64,000 nucleotides of DNA from Chloropicon primus. Lineage: Eukaryota. Positions 1 through 10,605 of the stretch are shown here, piece after piece. Under the pieces are notes generated by a model. The model worked only from the letters and a program-made list of their open reading frames with translations. It made no database searches and had not been told where the DNA came from. The stretch spans positions 62,001-126,000 of the forward strand of contig CP060764.1 of the NCBI GenBank assembly GCA_023205875.1, written 5' to 3'. Each line of letters opens with the position of its first letter. Position 1 is the stretch's first letter. The position numbers were made by a program, and so were the translations under genes.

Positions 1-601
1 GCCCCAGCCTGCTCCACAGAACGTTCTGAGCGGCCCCGGCCACTCCGTTCCCTCCCACGTAAGACAGCAAGCCCGCGAGCACCAGGAGGACCCCGCTCGC
101 CACCGTGAACCCGATCCTCTCCTTGACGTACCCCGCGTAGTCCGTCAGCCTCAGGGCATCAAACACTCTTCTCAAGTTCTGCGTCACCTGCGGCTCCTCC
201 AGGTCCTCGCAGTGGGAGCCGCAGCACGACGACGACGACGACAACGATCCCGCCACCTGCAAATCCATGTCCATGTCCTCGAAGTCCTGCTCGCTGAAGG
301 ACGAGGATGCCGTCAGGGCCTCCTCGATCTGCTCCTCCAGGCCCCTCGCTTTCGTCTTTGTCTTTCCTTCCTCATCCCGAACGGACCAACCCATCCCGCG
401 GCGGTGGCCACAACCAAGGTGGCAGCCGTCGCCATGGCGGTGGCCGATCCCCCTTGCCGATGCAAGGACGAGCCGCCCGCGCTTCACCCCGACAAGGGGG
501 GAGCCTTGACGTCGATCCAAGGGAGGAGGAGGAGGAGGAGGAGCAAGTGATCGACGACGAGGGGTGCCAACCTGGCGCGACGTCGCCACCCTCACCGCCA
601 T
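1..601 (-). CDS. HMA1: Chloroplast heavy-metal P1B-type ATPase, HMA1-like (5' part; runs off the window)
   Basis: Absent from the ORF track. Translated by hand from the ATG at 601 with no stop to position 1: MAVRVATSRQ... (transit-like), His/Cys-rich HRHGDGCHLGCGH and CCGSHC, then QNLRRVFDALRLTDYAGYVKERIGFTVASGVLLVLAGLLSYV, which resembles the pre-TM1/TM1 region of plant HMA1. The catalytic domain is outside the window. Confidence 0.6.
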   Translation of the reverse strand, partial: MAVRVATSRQVGTPRRRSLAPPPPPPPLDRRQGSPLVGVKRGRLVLASARGIGHRHGDGCHLGCGHRRGMGWSVRDEEGKTKTKARGLEEQIEEALTASSSFSEQDFEDMDMDLQVAGSLSSSSSCCGSHCEDLEEPQVTQNLRRVFDALRLTDYAGYVKERIGFTVASGVLLVLAGLLSYVGGNGVAGAAQNVLWSRLG

Positions 602-1147
602 CGTGACTCTGTCAATCGTGTGCGTTACGCTCGCCCACCGTCAGCCGTTACGAACGAAGACAAGACGGCGGCCGCGAGCGAGGGATGGAGGGAGGGAGCA
701 CTGCAATGGAGCCGAGCCGAGCGAGGCTGGTGGCGTCTCCGACCTTTGTCGCCCTAATTCGGCACCGAATGGGACAAGTGAGGTAGCAATGGAAAGAACG
801 AGACGAGGATGACCTCGTTGTCCCGCCTTACGTTGCGTCAGACGTCTCTCCGTTGGTCACGAACCCCCAACAGCGCAACCGCGCGCGCCCTCGCCCTCCG
901 TGTCACGGACGAGTGTCACGACTAACGTCCCTCGCGAACGAACTCTCGTTACCAATCTTGGATCAAAACCGAACGAAAACACTCAACATCGCCAAAAATC
1001 GATATTTGTAGTTTCCCAAACGTCATATTCGGAATCCTTTTTTTGGCGGGCCCCTTGTTTTCGTTTAGAGACGAAAGCCACGTGGATGGTTCCCAAGGGA
1101 CAAAAAAAAGGGTTTCAAGGGCGCCCCACCGATCGATCGCGATCACA

Positions 1148-1182
<35 letters not shown>

Positions 1183-1574
1183 GTGAGTGCCGCGAGGAAG
1201 ACAACGACGCCGACGCCGCCGACGACGAGGACGACGAGGAGGAGGGCTTGTGTCTGTGGCAGAGACAGAGAGACAGAGAGAGAGACAGAGAGACACCAGG
1301 GAGGACGAGTCACGAGTTTTGTTTTGTTGGGGCGGAGGAGAACTCTTTCCTTGCTCTGCTCTGGTTTTGGTTTTGGTTTTGGTTTTGGTTACTTTGGTAG
1401 CGGAGTTCCTGACTTTGCCTTCTTCTTCTTCTTCTTCTCTCTGGGTCTTCTTCATCTTTTTGTGACGGAAACCCGGGAAAAAAAAAAAGAAGCGAGAATC
1501 GTTTTTCTCTTCTTGTGCATCCCATCACGTCCCATCACACGAAGAACCCTACGACAAGGACAACGAGGAGGAAG

Positions 1575-2375
1575 ATGTTGTTCGGAGCGGCGCGGTTGAG
1601 CAGCACGAGGGCGACGAGGACGTCCTCGGTGGTCCAGTGCAAGGCCACCAGCAACAACAAGGGTGGTGCTGGTGCAGGAGGAAGGAAGCAGCAGCTTTGG
1701 TCCCCGAGGCAGGAGAAGGTGTTGGTGTCCCCCCTGGATGCCCTGAACAAGTCGGATGCGATCACGGGACTCACCCTGGAGTCCTTTGACGGGGTGAGTG
1801 AGGTCACCACCAAGCAGGGGGAGCTGCACCAGATCGAGCAGGCCAAGCCCTCCGAGTCCTTTGCCAGGAAGATGTACGCCGAGGACTGCGAGGCCGCCGT
1901 GAACAGGCAGATCAACATCGAGTACAGCATCAGTTACCTGTACCACTCGATGTACGCCTTCTTCGACAGGGACAACGTGGGCCTCCCCGGGTTCGCCGAG
2001 TACTTCAAGAAGGAGGCCGAGGAGGAGAGGGCGCACGCCGAGGGCCTCATCGAGTACCAGAACAAGAGGGGGGGCAAGGTCTGCCTCGGGGCCCTTATGT
2101 CCCCCATCACCGAGTTCGACCACGAGGAGAAGGGCGAGGCCCTGTACGCCATGGAGCTCGCCCTCTCCCTGGAGAAGCTGAACTACGAGAAGCTGGTGGG
2201 AGTGCACAGAGTGGCGGACGAGGCCGGGGACCCCTCCCTCACGGACTTCATCGAGGGGGAGTACCTCGAGGAGCAGGTCGAGGCCATCAAGAAGGTGGCG
2301 ACCTACGTGTCCCAGCTCAGGCGCATCGGAAAGGGCCACGCCGTGTGGGACTTCGACCAGAGCCTCGCGAACTAG
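1575..2375 (+). CDS. FER: Plastid ferritin
   Basis: Transit peptide ([15 protein letters not shown]), then plant ferritin motifs [76 protein letters not shown] at 2445. Confidence 0.96.
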   Translation: MLFGAARLSSTRATRTSSVVQCKATSNNKGGAGAGGRKQQLWSPRQEKVLVSPLDALNKSDAITGLTLESFDGVSEVTTKQGELHQIEQAKPSESFARKMYAEDCEAAVNRQINIEYSISYLYHSMYAFFDRDNVGLPGFAEYFKKEAEEERAHAEGLIEYQNKRGGKVCLGALMSPITEFDHEEKGEALYAMELALSLEKLNYEKLVGVHRVADEAGDPSLTDFIEGEYLEEQVEAIKKVATYVSQLRRIGKGHAVWDFDQSLAN

Positions 2376-2535
2376 GCGCCCCTGGCGAAAGGAGCCGACC
2401 TCGCTCCCCCGCGCGCGCGCCCGAGGTCCGCTGTAGCACTAGGTTGTAAACCTAAATAACGAAGAGAAGAAGAACAGAGGGGTCGAGAGGCGCGTGCCCG
2501 ATCCAAGACCTTTATCTTGCGTATGGCCGAGAAAG

Positions 2536-2564
2536 GTTGGCCTTTTTTTGAAAAAAAGGCCAAC
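2536..2564. repeat. Perfect 14-bp inverted repeat with 1-nt spacer
   Basis: GTTGGCCTTTTTTT-G-AAAAAAAGGCCAAC, between the convergent ferritin and bestrophin 3' ends. Confidence 0.9.
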
Positions 2565-2756
2565 AAGTACCGGAACCGCGGGCTGAAGCCGAATTGGACT
2601 CCTCGTTCTCGCTACATTATGAAAACCTTTGAACACTAAACCGAAAAAGAAAAAAAACATTTATATATATACGCATGTCTAAAATCAAACCAAGCAAGAG
2701 TGGCACACGTGTGCCACTCCCTCCTCCTCCTCCTCCCTCCTCCCCGCGTCCGTCCC

Positions 2757-4208
2757 TTAGTTCTCCTTGTCCATGGTCTCGGCGTTCGGGCTCTTGACGC
2801 CCTCGCTGGTGGGGCTGTCGAAGTTGCGCTCCATCGGGGTCGGGCACTCCTCCACGGGGCTCGTGACGTTGGACTCCTTGACCTTGTGCTCGCTCTCGTA
2901 CGACGCGAGGAGCTCGAAGATGTTGTTCCTGATCGTGGCGGTGAAGAACTCGAGGGGCAAGTCGTTCGGGTCGATGCCGAACGGGTTCTCCAGCTCGGCC
3001 GCCGTCTCCTCGAGGCCGCAAATGAACCAAGTGATGATGATGTCGATCGGGATGCTGGCGTAACCGAAGACTGGCATGAGCGCGAAGGGAAGAGTGAGCA
3101 TCCAGAAGATGATGGTCGTCCTGATCATGCACGTGTACCCGATTGGCATGGGGCACCTCAGGATCCTCTCCATCGCGCCCATGTGCGTGTTGAACTTCTG
3201 GATGTGCTCGTTGAGGTGGAGGTGCATCAGGGGGCTGATGAAGTTCCTCATCCTCGCCTCCGAGAGGAGCCTGCCGAGCTTCCAGAAGCACATCAGGATC
3301 CTGTGGTTGGACCTCTCGATCAGCTTGAACTCCTCGGGGCTCACGGCCTCGGTCTCCTGCTTCAGCGTGTCCAGCAGACCCAGGTCCCTCTTCCCCCTGA
3401 GGTGGTTCCTCAGCAAGTCCGCGCTGATGGTGACCCACAGGCAAACCTTCACGGCCAGGTTGTGGTTGTACACGTGCACCAAGGCCTTGAGCGCCATGTC
3501 CCTCGTGTCGTTGATCATGGCGCCCCACAGGGTGCGCGCCTCCCACCAGCGATTGTACGCCTGGTTGACCCTGAAACTCAGGATGATGGTGAGGAAGAAG
3601 GTGCTCATCCCGACGAATGTGGCGATGTCCGCGCTGTTCTCGTGCAAGTAGTCGATGATGTAGCGCAGGTGCGTGCTGGGGATCTCGATTAGGACGACGA
3701 TGAACGCCGTCCACATGGCGTTCAGCAGCATCAACTTCCAGGGGAAGGGCCTGCTGCTGTTCGGGTAGAAGATCGAGCGCAGCCAGGTGATCTTGGACCT
3801 CGGCTTCACCCTGTACGGAGCCCAGAACTCCCACACGTGCTTCTGCCTCGGATGGAGCTCGTCCATGGTCTCGATCGACTTTTGGACCCCCTCGCTGATA
3901 TTCCCCGTGAAGTCGATCCTGAAGCTCCCGTCCGGGTCCTCCTCGGCCCTCGCCTTCGTCGTCCTCCTGCTCCTCCTCCGCACGGAAGAACCCCTCGCGC
4001 TGTCAAACTCCCCGTCCGGCCCGCTCATGGAAATCCTCTCCAAGGCATCATACTCCTGCCTCATCCCGTACGGCGGGTAGTACTGCATCCCGCGGTTGGA
4101 GTACTCGATGTCCAGGCCGTCAAGCTGTTCCAGGTTGGGCATCGAAGCGGCGTGTATCCCCGCCGGCGTCCTCCTGTCCCCCCCGTGACTCCCATTCTCA
4201 CCCCTCAT
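2757..4208 (-). CDS. Bestrophin-like (UPF0187/VCCN-type) anion channel
   Basis: Motifs FRVNQAYNRWWEARTLWG, ERILRCPMP and ELENPFGIDPNDLPL; four hydrophobic segments; first ATG at 4208. Confidence 0.88.
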   Translation of the reverse strand: MRGENGSHGGDRRTPAGIHAASMPNLEQLDGLDIEYSNRGMQYYPPYGMRQEYDALERISMSGPDGEFDSARGSSVRRRSRRTTKARAEEDPDGSFRIDFTGNISEGVQKSIETMDELHPRQKHVWEFWAPYRVKPRSKITWLRSIFYPNSSRPFPWKLMLLNAMWTAFIVVLIEIPSTHLRYIIDYLHENSADIATFVGMSTFFLTIILSFRVNQAYNRWWEARTLWGAMINDTRDMALKALVHVYNHNLAVKVCLWVTISADLLRNHLRGKRDLGLLDTLKQETEAVSPEEFKLIERSNHRILMCFWKLGRLLSEARMRNFISPLMHLHLNEHIQKFNTHMGAMERILRCPMPIGYTCMIRTTIIFWMLTLPFALMPVFGYASIPIDIIITWFICGLEETAAELENPFGIDPNDLPLEFFTATIRNNIFELLASYESEHKVKESNVTSPVEECPTPMERNFDSPTSEGVKSPNAETMDKEN

Positions 4209-4928
4209 GCCCCCTTCCTCTTCAAAAAAAGAAAAAAGAAAACGAAACTCCCCCTCTTCCTCTCCCTCTCCCTCTCCCTCTCCCTCTCCCTCTCTTCGTC
4301 GTCGTAGCGCGCCCGTCGACCCGTCGATCCAACGAAGCCCTTCCTTCGCGACGTCACACAAGCCAGCAGTCGGGACAGGCCTCCTCTTTCTCACGTCCTC
4401 GTCCTCCTCCTCGCCTCCTCCTCCTCCTCCTCCTCGTCGTCGTCGTCGTCGTCGTCGTTGCCCTCGACTGTTACGATCGAGTCAACTCATAACGGCTTTT
4501 CCCAAAAAAGTAGAGACGAAAGAGATTTACAAAATCAAAATCAATCAGGAGGGCGAAGGTGGGGTGGACTGGGGAGGGGTTGGTTTTGTCTCACCATGTT
4601 TATCTTTCCTTGGTACGAAGAGGAGAGGAGAGGTCATCATCATCATGGAGGGCGGAGGAGGAGGAGGGCGAAGGCAAGTGTGGCACCCATCATCGAACAC
4701 AAGGTATCTCGTTCGAATGAAACTATTGATTAAAAAAAATCCTGGTGTGTTTGTGTTTGTGTTTGTTATTGTTGTTGTTGTATAGTGCGGTGGACGAACG
4801 ACTCCCACTCCTCCCACTCCTCGTGGTGACCTCAGCCCCCTCGTCCGCTCTTTTGTACATCCTCCCCATCCTCCCCACCTTCCCTTGGAACCTTTGCCTT
4901 GTCTTGTCTTGGTCTTCTTCTTGACAAG

Positions 4929-6158
4929 TCAAGTCGTCTTGGTCTTCTTCCTGGTGTTGGTGTAGACCCACATGTTGTTCAAGTTCTCGACGGAGATGCA
5001 CTTGGAGCAGACTCTGAGGAGAGCCCAGTGCACCGGGGTCGGGTCGTACAGGTACAAGTGAGGGAAGGCCTTCTTGATGCACTCGGTGGCCTTGACCGCG
5101 TGATAGTGGGGGATCTGGGGACACAGGTGGTGGGCCACGTGCGTGCTCCCGATGTGGTGCTGAAGGATGTCCACGATCTTGTAGTACGGCCTGTCGATCG
5201 TCAGGAAGGCGCCCCTGACCCAGTTCCACTCGTCCCCTTCCAGGTGAGGCACGTCCACGTCGGTGTGATGGAGTTTCGTGACGATCCCGAGCCAGGCGTT
5301 GAGGCCGAGGTAGGGCCCGACGTAGACGGCGGCCACCGGCCAGATCGATTTCTCCGCCGCGCACCAAAGGTAAAGGAGTCCCATCATCCCGAAGACTCCC
5401 ATGGCAGACAGGATGACCTTCCTCTTCCACTTTCCTGGGAAGAGCTTGGTCTCGAAGGGAGCCACTGGCCAAAAGTGGTTGCTTGGCTTGTACGCCGGGC
5501 CGCCGCTCGCCCCGAAGACAAGGTAAAACACGAAGCCAACGCTGACCAGAGTGAGGGACAGCAAGTCGTGAGCCAATCCGCCGAGGAGAGGGAACTCTTT
5601 GATGGCATGCATCGTTGCAGCAAAGCTGTCCTCGGTTGGGTTGGGCACGTGCGTCTCCCCCTCGTGCATGTGGTTCACCCTGGAGTGGTGCACAGCGTGC
5701 GACCTCTGCCAGGAAAAGTACGGGGTGAGGCAGAAGGAATGGATGGCGAAGCCGACGGCATCCTGAAGGGTCTTGTTGTCGGAGAAAGCCCCGTGACCGC
5801 ACTCGTGGCCGACGACCCAAAAGCCAAAGGCCACGGTCCCGTTGGCCGCCCCGTAAGCGAGCCACAGCGGCAAGTAAGGAAGCGTGAAAGGAATGAACGC
5901 GTAGGCCAGTCCCCCAAACCCAAACAGGATGACCGTCGAGAAGAGGAGATACATCAACGACTTGAGCGTATCCCTCTGCAGGCACTCCTTGGGTATCACA
6001 GCCATGACTTCCCCCTTGGTTGGGTAGTCCTCCTTCCTCAGCGCCAAGGCCTTGCCCTTGAGCCCGCTGAACCCAGCAGGAGTCGCAAGTATCGACCTCT
6101 CCTTCCTCTCAAGCTCCTCCGGCGGGCTTGTGTAAGCCACAGTGCTCGTTTGACACAT
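4929..6158 (-). CDS. Membrane fatty-acid desaturase, delta-12/omega-6 type, no transit peptide (copy A)
   Basis: His boxes HECGH, HAVHH, HVAHH; first ATG at 6158; Lys-rich C-terminus (RKKTKTT). Confidence 0.92.
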   Translation of the reverse strand: MCQTSTVAYTSPPEELERKERSILATPAGFSGLKGKALALRKEDYPTKGEVMAVIPKECLQRDTLKSLMYLLFSTVILFGFGGLAYAFIPFTLPYLPLWLAYGAANGTVAFGFWVVGHECGHGAFSDNKTLQDAVGFAIHSFCLTPYFSWQRSHAVHHSRVNHMHEGETHVPNPTEDSFAATMHAIKEFPLLGGLAHDLLSLTLVSVGFVFYLVFGASGGPAYKPSNHFWPVAPFETKLFPGKWKRKVILSAMGVFGMMGLLYLWCAAEKSIWPVAAVYVGPYLGLNAWLGIVTKLHHTDVDVPHLEGDEWNWVRGAFLTIDRPYYKIVDILQHHIGSTHVAHHLCPQIPHYHAVKATECIKKAFPHLYLYDPTPVHWALLRVCSKCISVENLNNMWVYTNTRKKTKTT

Positions 6159-7195
6159 CTTGTGCAAGCTTAAGCCTCGTCCTTGCTCTACTCGAACCAC
6201 ACAAGGAAGGAACCTGGAACAATGTGGAAACCTTTTCCCTATCAAAGCCAAGACCTTTGCCTTTGCAGAATCTTCCCAGTGTTCCTCTCCTCAAGCTCTC
6301 TCTCAATCCCTCAAACTCTCTCTCTCTCTCTCTCTCTCTCCAAGATGAGTCCAAGATGGCACGAGGATATATCGATATTGATAGGATAGAGGATCCCCAA
6401 AGTCGCTTGCCTTGGCGTCTGAATGGAGTTGTGGAGGCCGGAAGGGAATCTCAAGTCCAAGGCAGTGCCTGATAAGCGGAGTCCACGTCCCGGTCACAGC
6501 CACGGGTGTGTGTGGTGTCGTCCTCTTTGTCGGCTGGTTGGTTTGGTGGGCTCCACTGGTGGAGGCTGGAGGCTGGTGGAGGGAGATACCAACACCAACA
6601 AGAAGGAGAGAGAGAGAAAGAGAGAAAGAGAGAAAGAGAGAAAGAGAGGAGGGAGGAGACAACCTGGAGCAACCTGGTGGACATCATCCAAGGGATTACC
6701 ACACAAACTAGAAACAAGAAGGAGAGAGAGAGAGGGAGAGAGAGAGAGATCTCCATCGAAAGTGAAATTCTTTGAGAAACCTTTACACCTATTCTGTCCC
6801 ATCAGTGAAGGGTGGCTGGGGCATGAGGATGTGTGTGTGTGTGTGCTTCAAGGGGTATGGTTGTCAGACGTGTGTTTTCGAGCAACGAAATTCTGTCCAC
6901 TCGGTCCCTTGCTCGATCTCCTGGCGCCACCATGTCACGGCTTGTTGGTCTAGAGTTCCTCCTATTTTACACTGATTCATGCATAGCCATCGAAGAAGGA
7001 GAAGAAGTGAAGCCAAGCCAGCAAGAGAGCATTGAAAAAATTGAAAAACTCCTCCTCCTCCTCGGCCTCTTGTGTGCTCCTTCATCTTTGCGGTCGGTCT
7101 GAGACAAAAAAAAATTTACAAGTTTTTCATAATCCAAAAATATATTGTATTCCGTAGACTCATGTATTCCTTTCAGCTCCTCCACCCGCGGCAGC

Positions 7196-8677
7196 TCAGA
7201 ACACCCTGTTGTTGAGCTTCACGCTTTCCAGGGCGGGATCATCGTAGACCCACTGCCTGGAGCCCACTGGGCTGGTCACCTTCTTCACTGAGATGCAGTT
7301 GGTGACGACTCGCCAGAGGGCGGCGTGCACCGGGGTCGGGTCGTGCAGGTACAGGTCAGGGAAGGCCTTCTTGATGGCTTCCGTGGCCTCCTGGGCGTGG
7401 TAGTGGGGGACCCTAGGGTTGATGTGGTGGAGCACGTGCGTGCTCCCGATGTGGTGCTGGATCCAGTCCACGATCTTGTAGTACGGCCTGTCGATGGTCA
7501 GGAAGGCGCCCCTGATGAAGTTCCACTCGTCCCCCTCCAAGTGAGGCACATCGGTGTCGGTGTGATGGAGCAGGGTGACGACTCCGAGCCACGCGTTCAC
7601 GATCGCCCACGGACCGCCGTAGACGGCGGCGACCTTCCAGAAGGAGGTCATCTTGGCCCAGTAGGCGAGCAGTCCGACAACGCCGATGACCGCGGCACCC
7701 GAGGCGATCACCTTTGCGTGCCACTTCTTGGGGAAGAGCTTGGTGGTGAAGACTCCCTTGGGCCAGAAGTGGTTCGTCAGGCCGTACGCAGGGCCGCCGC
7801 TCGCTCCGAAGAGGAGGTAGAGCACCCAGCCGGTGCTGACGACCCAGGTGGACCAAAGACCGTGCGCGACCTTGCCGAACTTCACTCTGAACTCCCTCAT
7901 GTAGTGCGCGTACCCGTCTCCAGTCTCCTTGGGCACGTGCGACTCGCCCTCGTACATGTGGTTCACCTTGGAGTGGTGCACAGCGTGCGACCTCTGCCAG
8001 GAGAAGTACGGGGTGAGACAGGCGGTGTGGGAAAAGAACCCGACGGCGTCCTGCAGGAGCAAGTTGTTCGAGAAGGCAAAGTGGCCGCACTCGTGGCCCA
8101 TGAGCCAGAAGCCGAACCCAGCCGTCCCGTTCGCGATCGCGTAAGCGATCCACGCGGGAAGGTACGCCAGCTTCATCGGGATGAAGGCGTTGGCGGCCAG
8201 GCCCATGGCCAGGCAGATTCCCGTGGACATGAAGAAGTACATCATGGACTTCTTGGTGTCCAGTACCTTGCAGTGGGCCGGGATGGCGTCCGCGACCTCG
8301 GCCATCGTGGGAAAGTCCTCCTTCCCCAGCACGAGAGCCTTGCCCTTCAGTCCGCTGAAGCCGGCGGGGGCGTCCTCCTTGGTGAGCTCGGCCATGAGCT
8401 GCGCCTTGGTCTTCTCCACCCTCTCGTCCGTGAAGGACGTCTCCACCTCAGGATCCGCCACCGCCTTTCGCACGGGGGAGGACGACCTCGACCTCGAACT
8501 CGACCTCTCCTCATTGCCGCTGCCCAACGCTCTCGCCGCCAGACCCGGCGTCCTCCTCCTCGACAGCACCGAGGCCGCTGGCCCCCTCGTGACGACCCCA
8601 GTGCTCCTGGCCGGCAACGCAGGTCTCCTCCTGGCGCCGCAGGTGCCGGAAGAACGCTTCACTCTCGTCGACATCAT
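7196..8677 (-). CDS. Membrane fatty-acid desaturase, delta-12/omega-6 type, plastid-targeted (copy B)
   Basis: Arg/Ser/Ala-rich N-terminal extension; His boxes HECGH, HAVHH, HVLHH; minus-strand TGTAA at 7116-7120. Confidence 0.93.
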   Translation of the reverse strand: MMSTRVKRSSGTCGARRRPALPARSTGVVTRGPAASVLSRRRTPGLAARALGSGNEERSSSRSRSSSPVRKAVADPEVETSFTDERVEKTKAQLMAELTKEDAPAGFSGLKGKALVLGKEDFPTMAEVADAIPAHCKVLDTKKSMMYFFMSTGICLAMGLAANAFIPMKLAYLPAWIAYAIANGTAGFGFWLMGHECGHFAFSNNLLLQDAVGFFSHTACLTPYFSWQRSHAVHHSKVNHMYEGESHVPKETGDGYAHYMREFRVKFGKVAHGLWSTWVVSTGWVLYLLFGASGGPAYGLTNHFWPKGVFTTKLFPKKWHAKVIASGAAVIGVVGLLAYWAKMTSFWKVAAVYGGPWAIVNAWLGVVTLLHHTDTDVPHLEGDEWNFIRGAFLTIDRPYYKIVDWIQHHIGSTHVLHHINPRVPHYHAQEATEAIKKAFPDLYLHDPTPVHAALWRVVTNCISVKKVTSPVGSRQWVYDDPALESVKLNNRVF

Positions 8678-8967
8678 CCTCCACTCCGTGACTTGTCCCC
8701 TCGTCCTGAACCACCCATCGAACCGCGTCGAGCAATCAAACCATGCACGCGTCGTCGGTAAGAGGATGAAAAAAAAAGTCAGTCAGTCGTTCCGTTCTTG
8801 GTCGTCCTGCGGTCAAATCCTTCGTCCGAGGGGTCGACGTGAAGGTCTCGACATCGTTTTGATCGATGTGTATCCTCTTTGGCCTCGTTTCCCGTCCTTT
8901 TGTTCTCCCTCTCACCTTTGTTTGTCGCCAATGATCGTGTGCTCGCTCCCAGCCACACGCACGCGAT

Positions 8968-10064
8968 GATCGTGAACTGCTGGCCAATCATTCCTCCTCA
9001 GGAGATAGGACGGACAGACGAACAGATCCGAGGGGAGGAGGCGAGGCGAGGGCGGAAGACGAAGACGAGACGAAGATGAAGACGACATCGGGATCAGGAT
9101 CGGGAGGAGGAGGAGGAGGAGGGATTGAATTGTCCGATCCGGTCGATTGGATTGTGAACTGCTGGCCAATCATTCCTCCTCAGGAGATAGGACGGACAGA
9201 CGAACAGATCCGAGGGGAGGAGGCGAGGCGAGGGCGGAAGACGAAGACGAGACGAAGATGAAGACGACATCGGGATCAGGATCGGGAGGAGGAGGAGGAG
9301 GAGGGATTGAATTGTCCGATCCGGTCGATTGGATCGTGAACTGCTGGCCAATCATTCCTCCTCAGGAGATAGGACGGACAGACGAACAGATCCGAGGGGA
9401 GGAGGCGAGGCGAGGGCGGAAGACGAAGACGAGACGAAGATGAAGACGACATCGGGATCAGGATCGGGAGGAGGAGGAGGAGGGATTGAATTGTCCGATC
9501 CGGTCGATTGGATCGTGAACTGCTGGCCAATCATTCCTCCTCAGGAGATAGGACGGCCAGACGAACAGATCCGAGGGGAGGAGGCGAGGCGAGGGCGGAA
9601 GACGAAGACGAGACGAAGATGAAGACGACATCGGGATCAGGATCGGGAGGAGGAGGAGGAGGAGGGATTGAATTGTCCGATCCGGTCGATTGGATCGTGA
9701 ACTGCTGGCCAATCATTCCTCCTCAGGAGATAGGACGGCCAGACGAACAGATCCGAGGGGAGGAGGCGAGGCGAGGGCGGAAGACGAAGACGAGACGAAG
9801 ATGAAGACGACATCGGGATCAGGATCGGGAGGAGGAGGAGGAGGAGGGATTGAATTCGTCCGATCCGGTCGATTGGATCGTGAACTGCTGGCCAATCATT
9901 CCTCCTCAGGAGATAGGACGGACAGACGAACAGATCCGAGGGGAGGAGGCGAGGCGAGGGCGGAAGACGAAGACGAGACGAAGATGAAGACGACATCGGG
10001 ATCAGGATCGGGAGGAGGAGGAGGAGGAGGGATTGAATTGTCCGATCCGGTCGATTGGATTGTG
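8968..10064. repeat. Tandem array, 6 units of ~182 bp plus a 7-bp partial unit
   Basis: Units start at 8968, 9150, 9332, 9511, 9693 and 9876 (lengths 182, 182, 179, 182, 183, 182). They are nearly identical; differences are a GGA count, two substitutions and a 1-nt insertion. Confidence 0.98.
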
Positions 10065-10566
10065 GAGAACAGGAGTACGAGAAGCGAGGTGTTCGATCGG
10101 GGAAAGGAGTGCCACTTTCCACTTTCCACTTTCCACTTGGGAGGAAAGAGGCCTCTCACTTTGCGGGGCAAAAGGGGTGGTGATTGGACGACGGTGGCAG
10201 GAAGTTGTCTTGTTTTGGGGAGAAAGGAAGTGAGGCCTCCCACTCGACTTCATCGGGAACGATGATGGACGGCGATGAATCAGGAGGATGAATGAGGAGG
10301 AAGCTTTGCTCCTCTCCCTTCTTCGTTTCTTCGGGTGAAGTTAATTATTCCCGGTCAACGAATACCTAAAATTTTCCTCTTCCTGTAGATATTCCATGTT
10401 GGTTCCAAACGGTTCAATTTTTCCCAGCAGCAGAAAGGAAAAGGAGGAAAGGGCCAGGGATTGGATTCTTCTCCGGAGGAAAGGCCGCAGAGGGAGGCAT
10501 CAAGGGAAGGAGGTACCGGTGTCCTGTCCCACCACAACCACACCATAACACCTACCTGCCTACCTT

Positions 10567-10567
<1 letters not shown>

Positions 10568-10602
<35 letters not shown>
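10568..10602. repeat. (CA)n microsatellite
   Basis: Direct reading. Many (GA)n, (GAC)n and (GGA)n tracts also occur in intergenic and UTR DNA. Confidence 0.9.

Positions 10603-10605
<3 letters not shown>

Noticed and set aside
900..1599. Low-complexity ORFs upstream of ferritin (and similar ones at 6300-7100, 32150-32900)
   Set aside because: They are translations of microsatellites in UTR and promoter DNA.
2505..2537. Minus-strand ACCTTTCTCGGCC resembling the U2 snRNA 5' end
   Set aside because: The similarity fades within ~30 nt, the GTAGTA branch-pairing sequence is absent, and no convincing U2 structure follows.
8968..10064. CRISPR array, or the repeated 60-98 aa ORFs as genes
   Set aside because: There are no unique spacers or cas genes and the context is eukaryotic. 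Most unit lengths are not multiples of 3, so the ORFs are repeat by-products.
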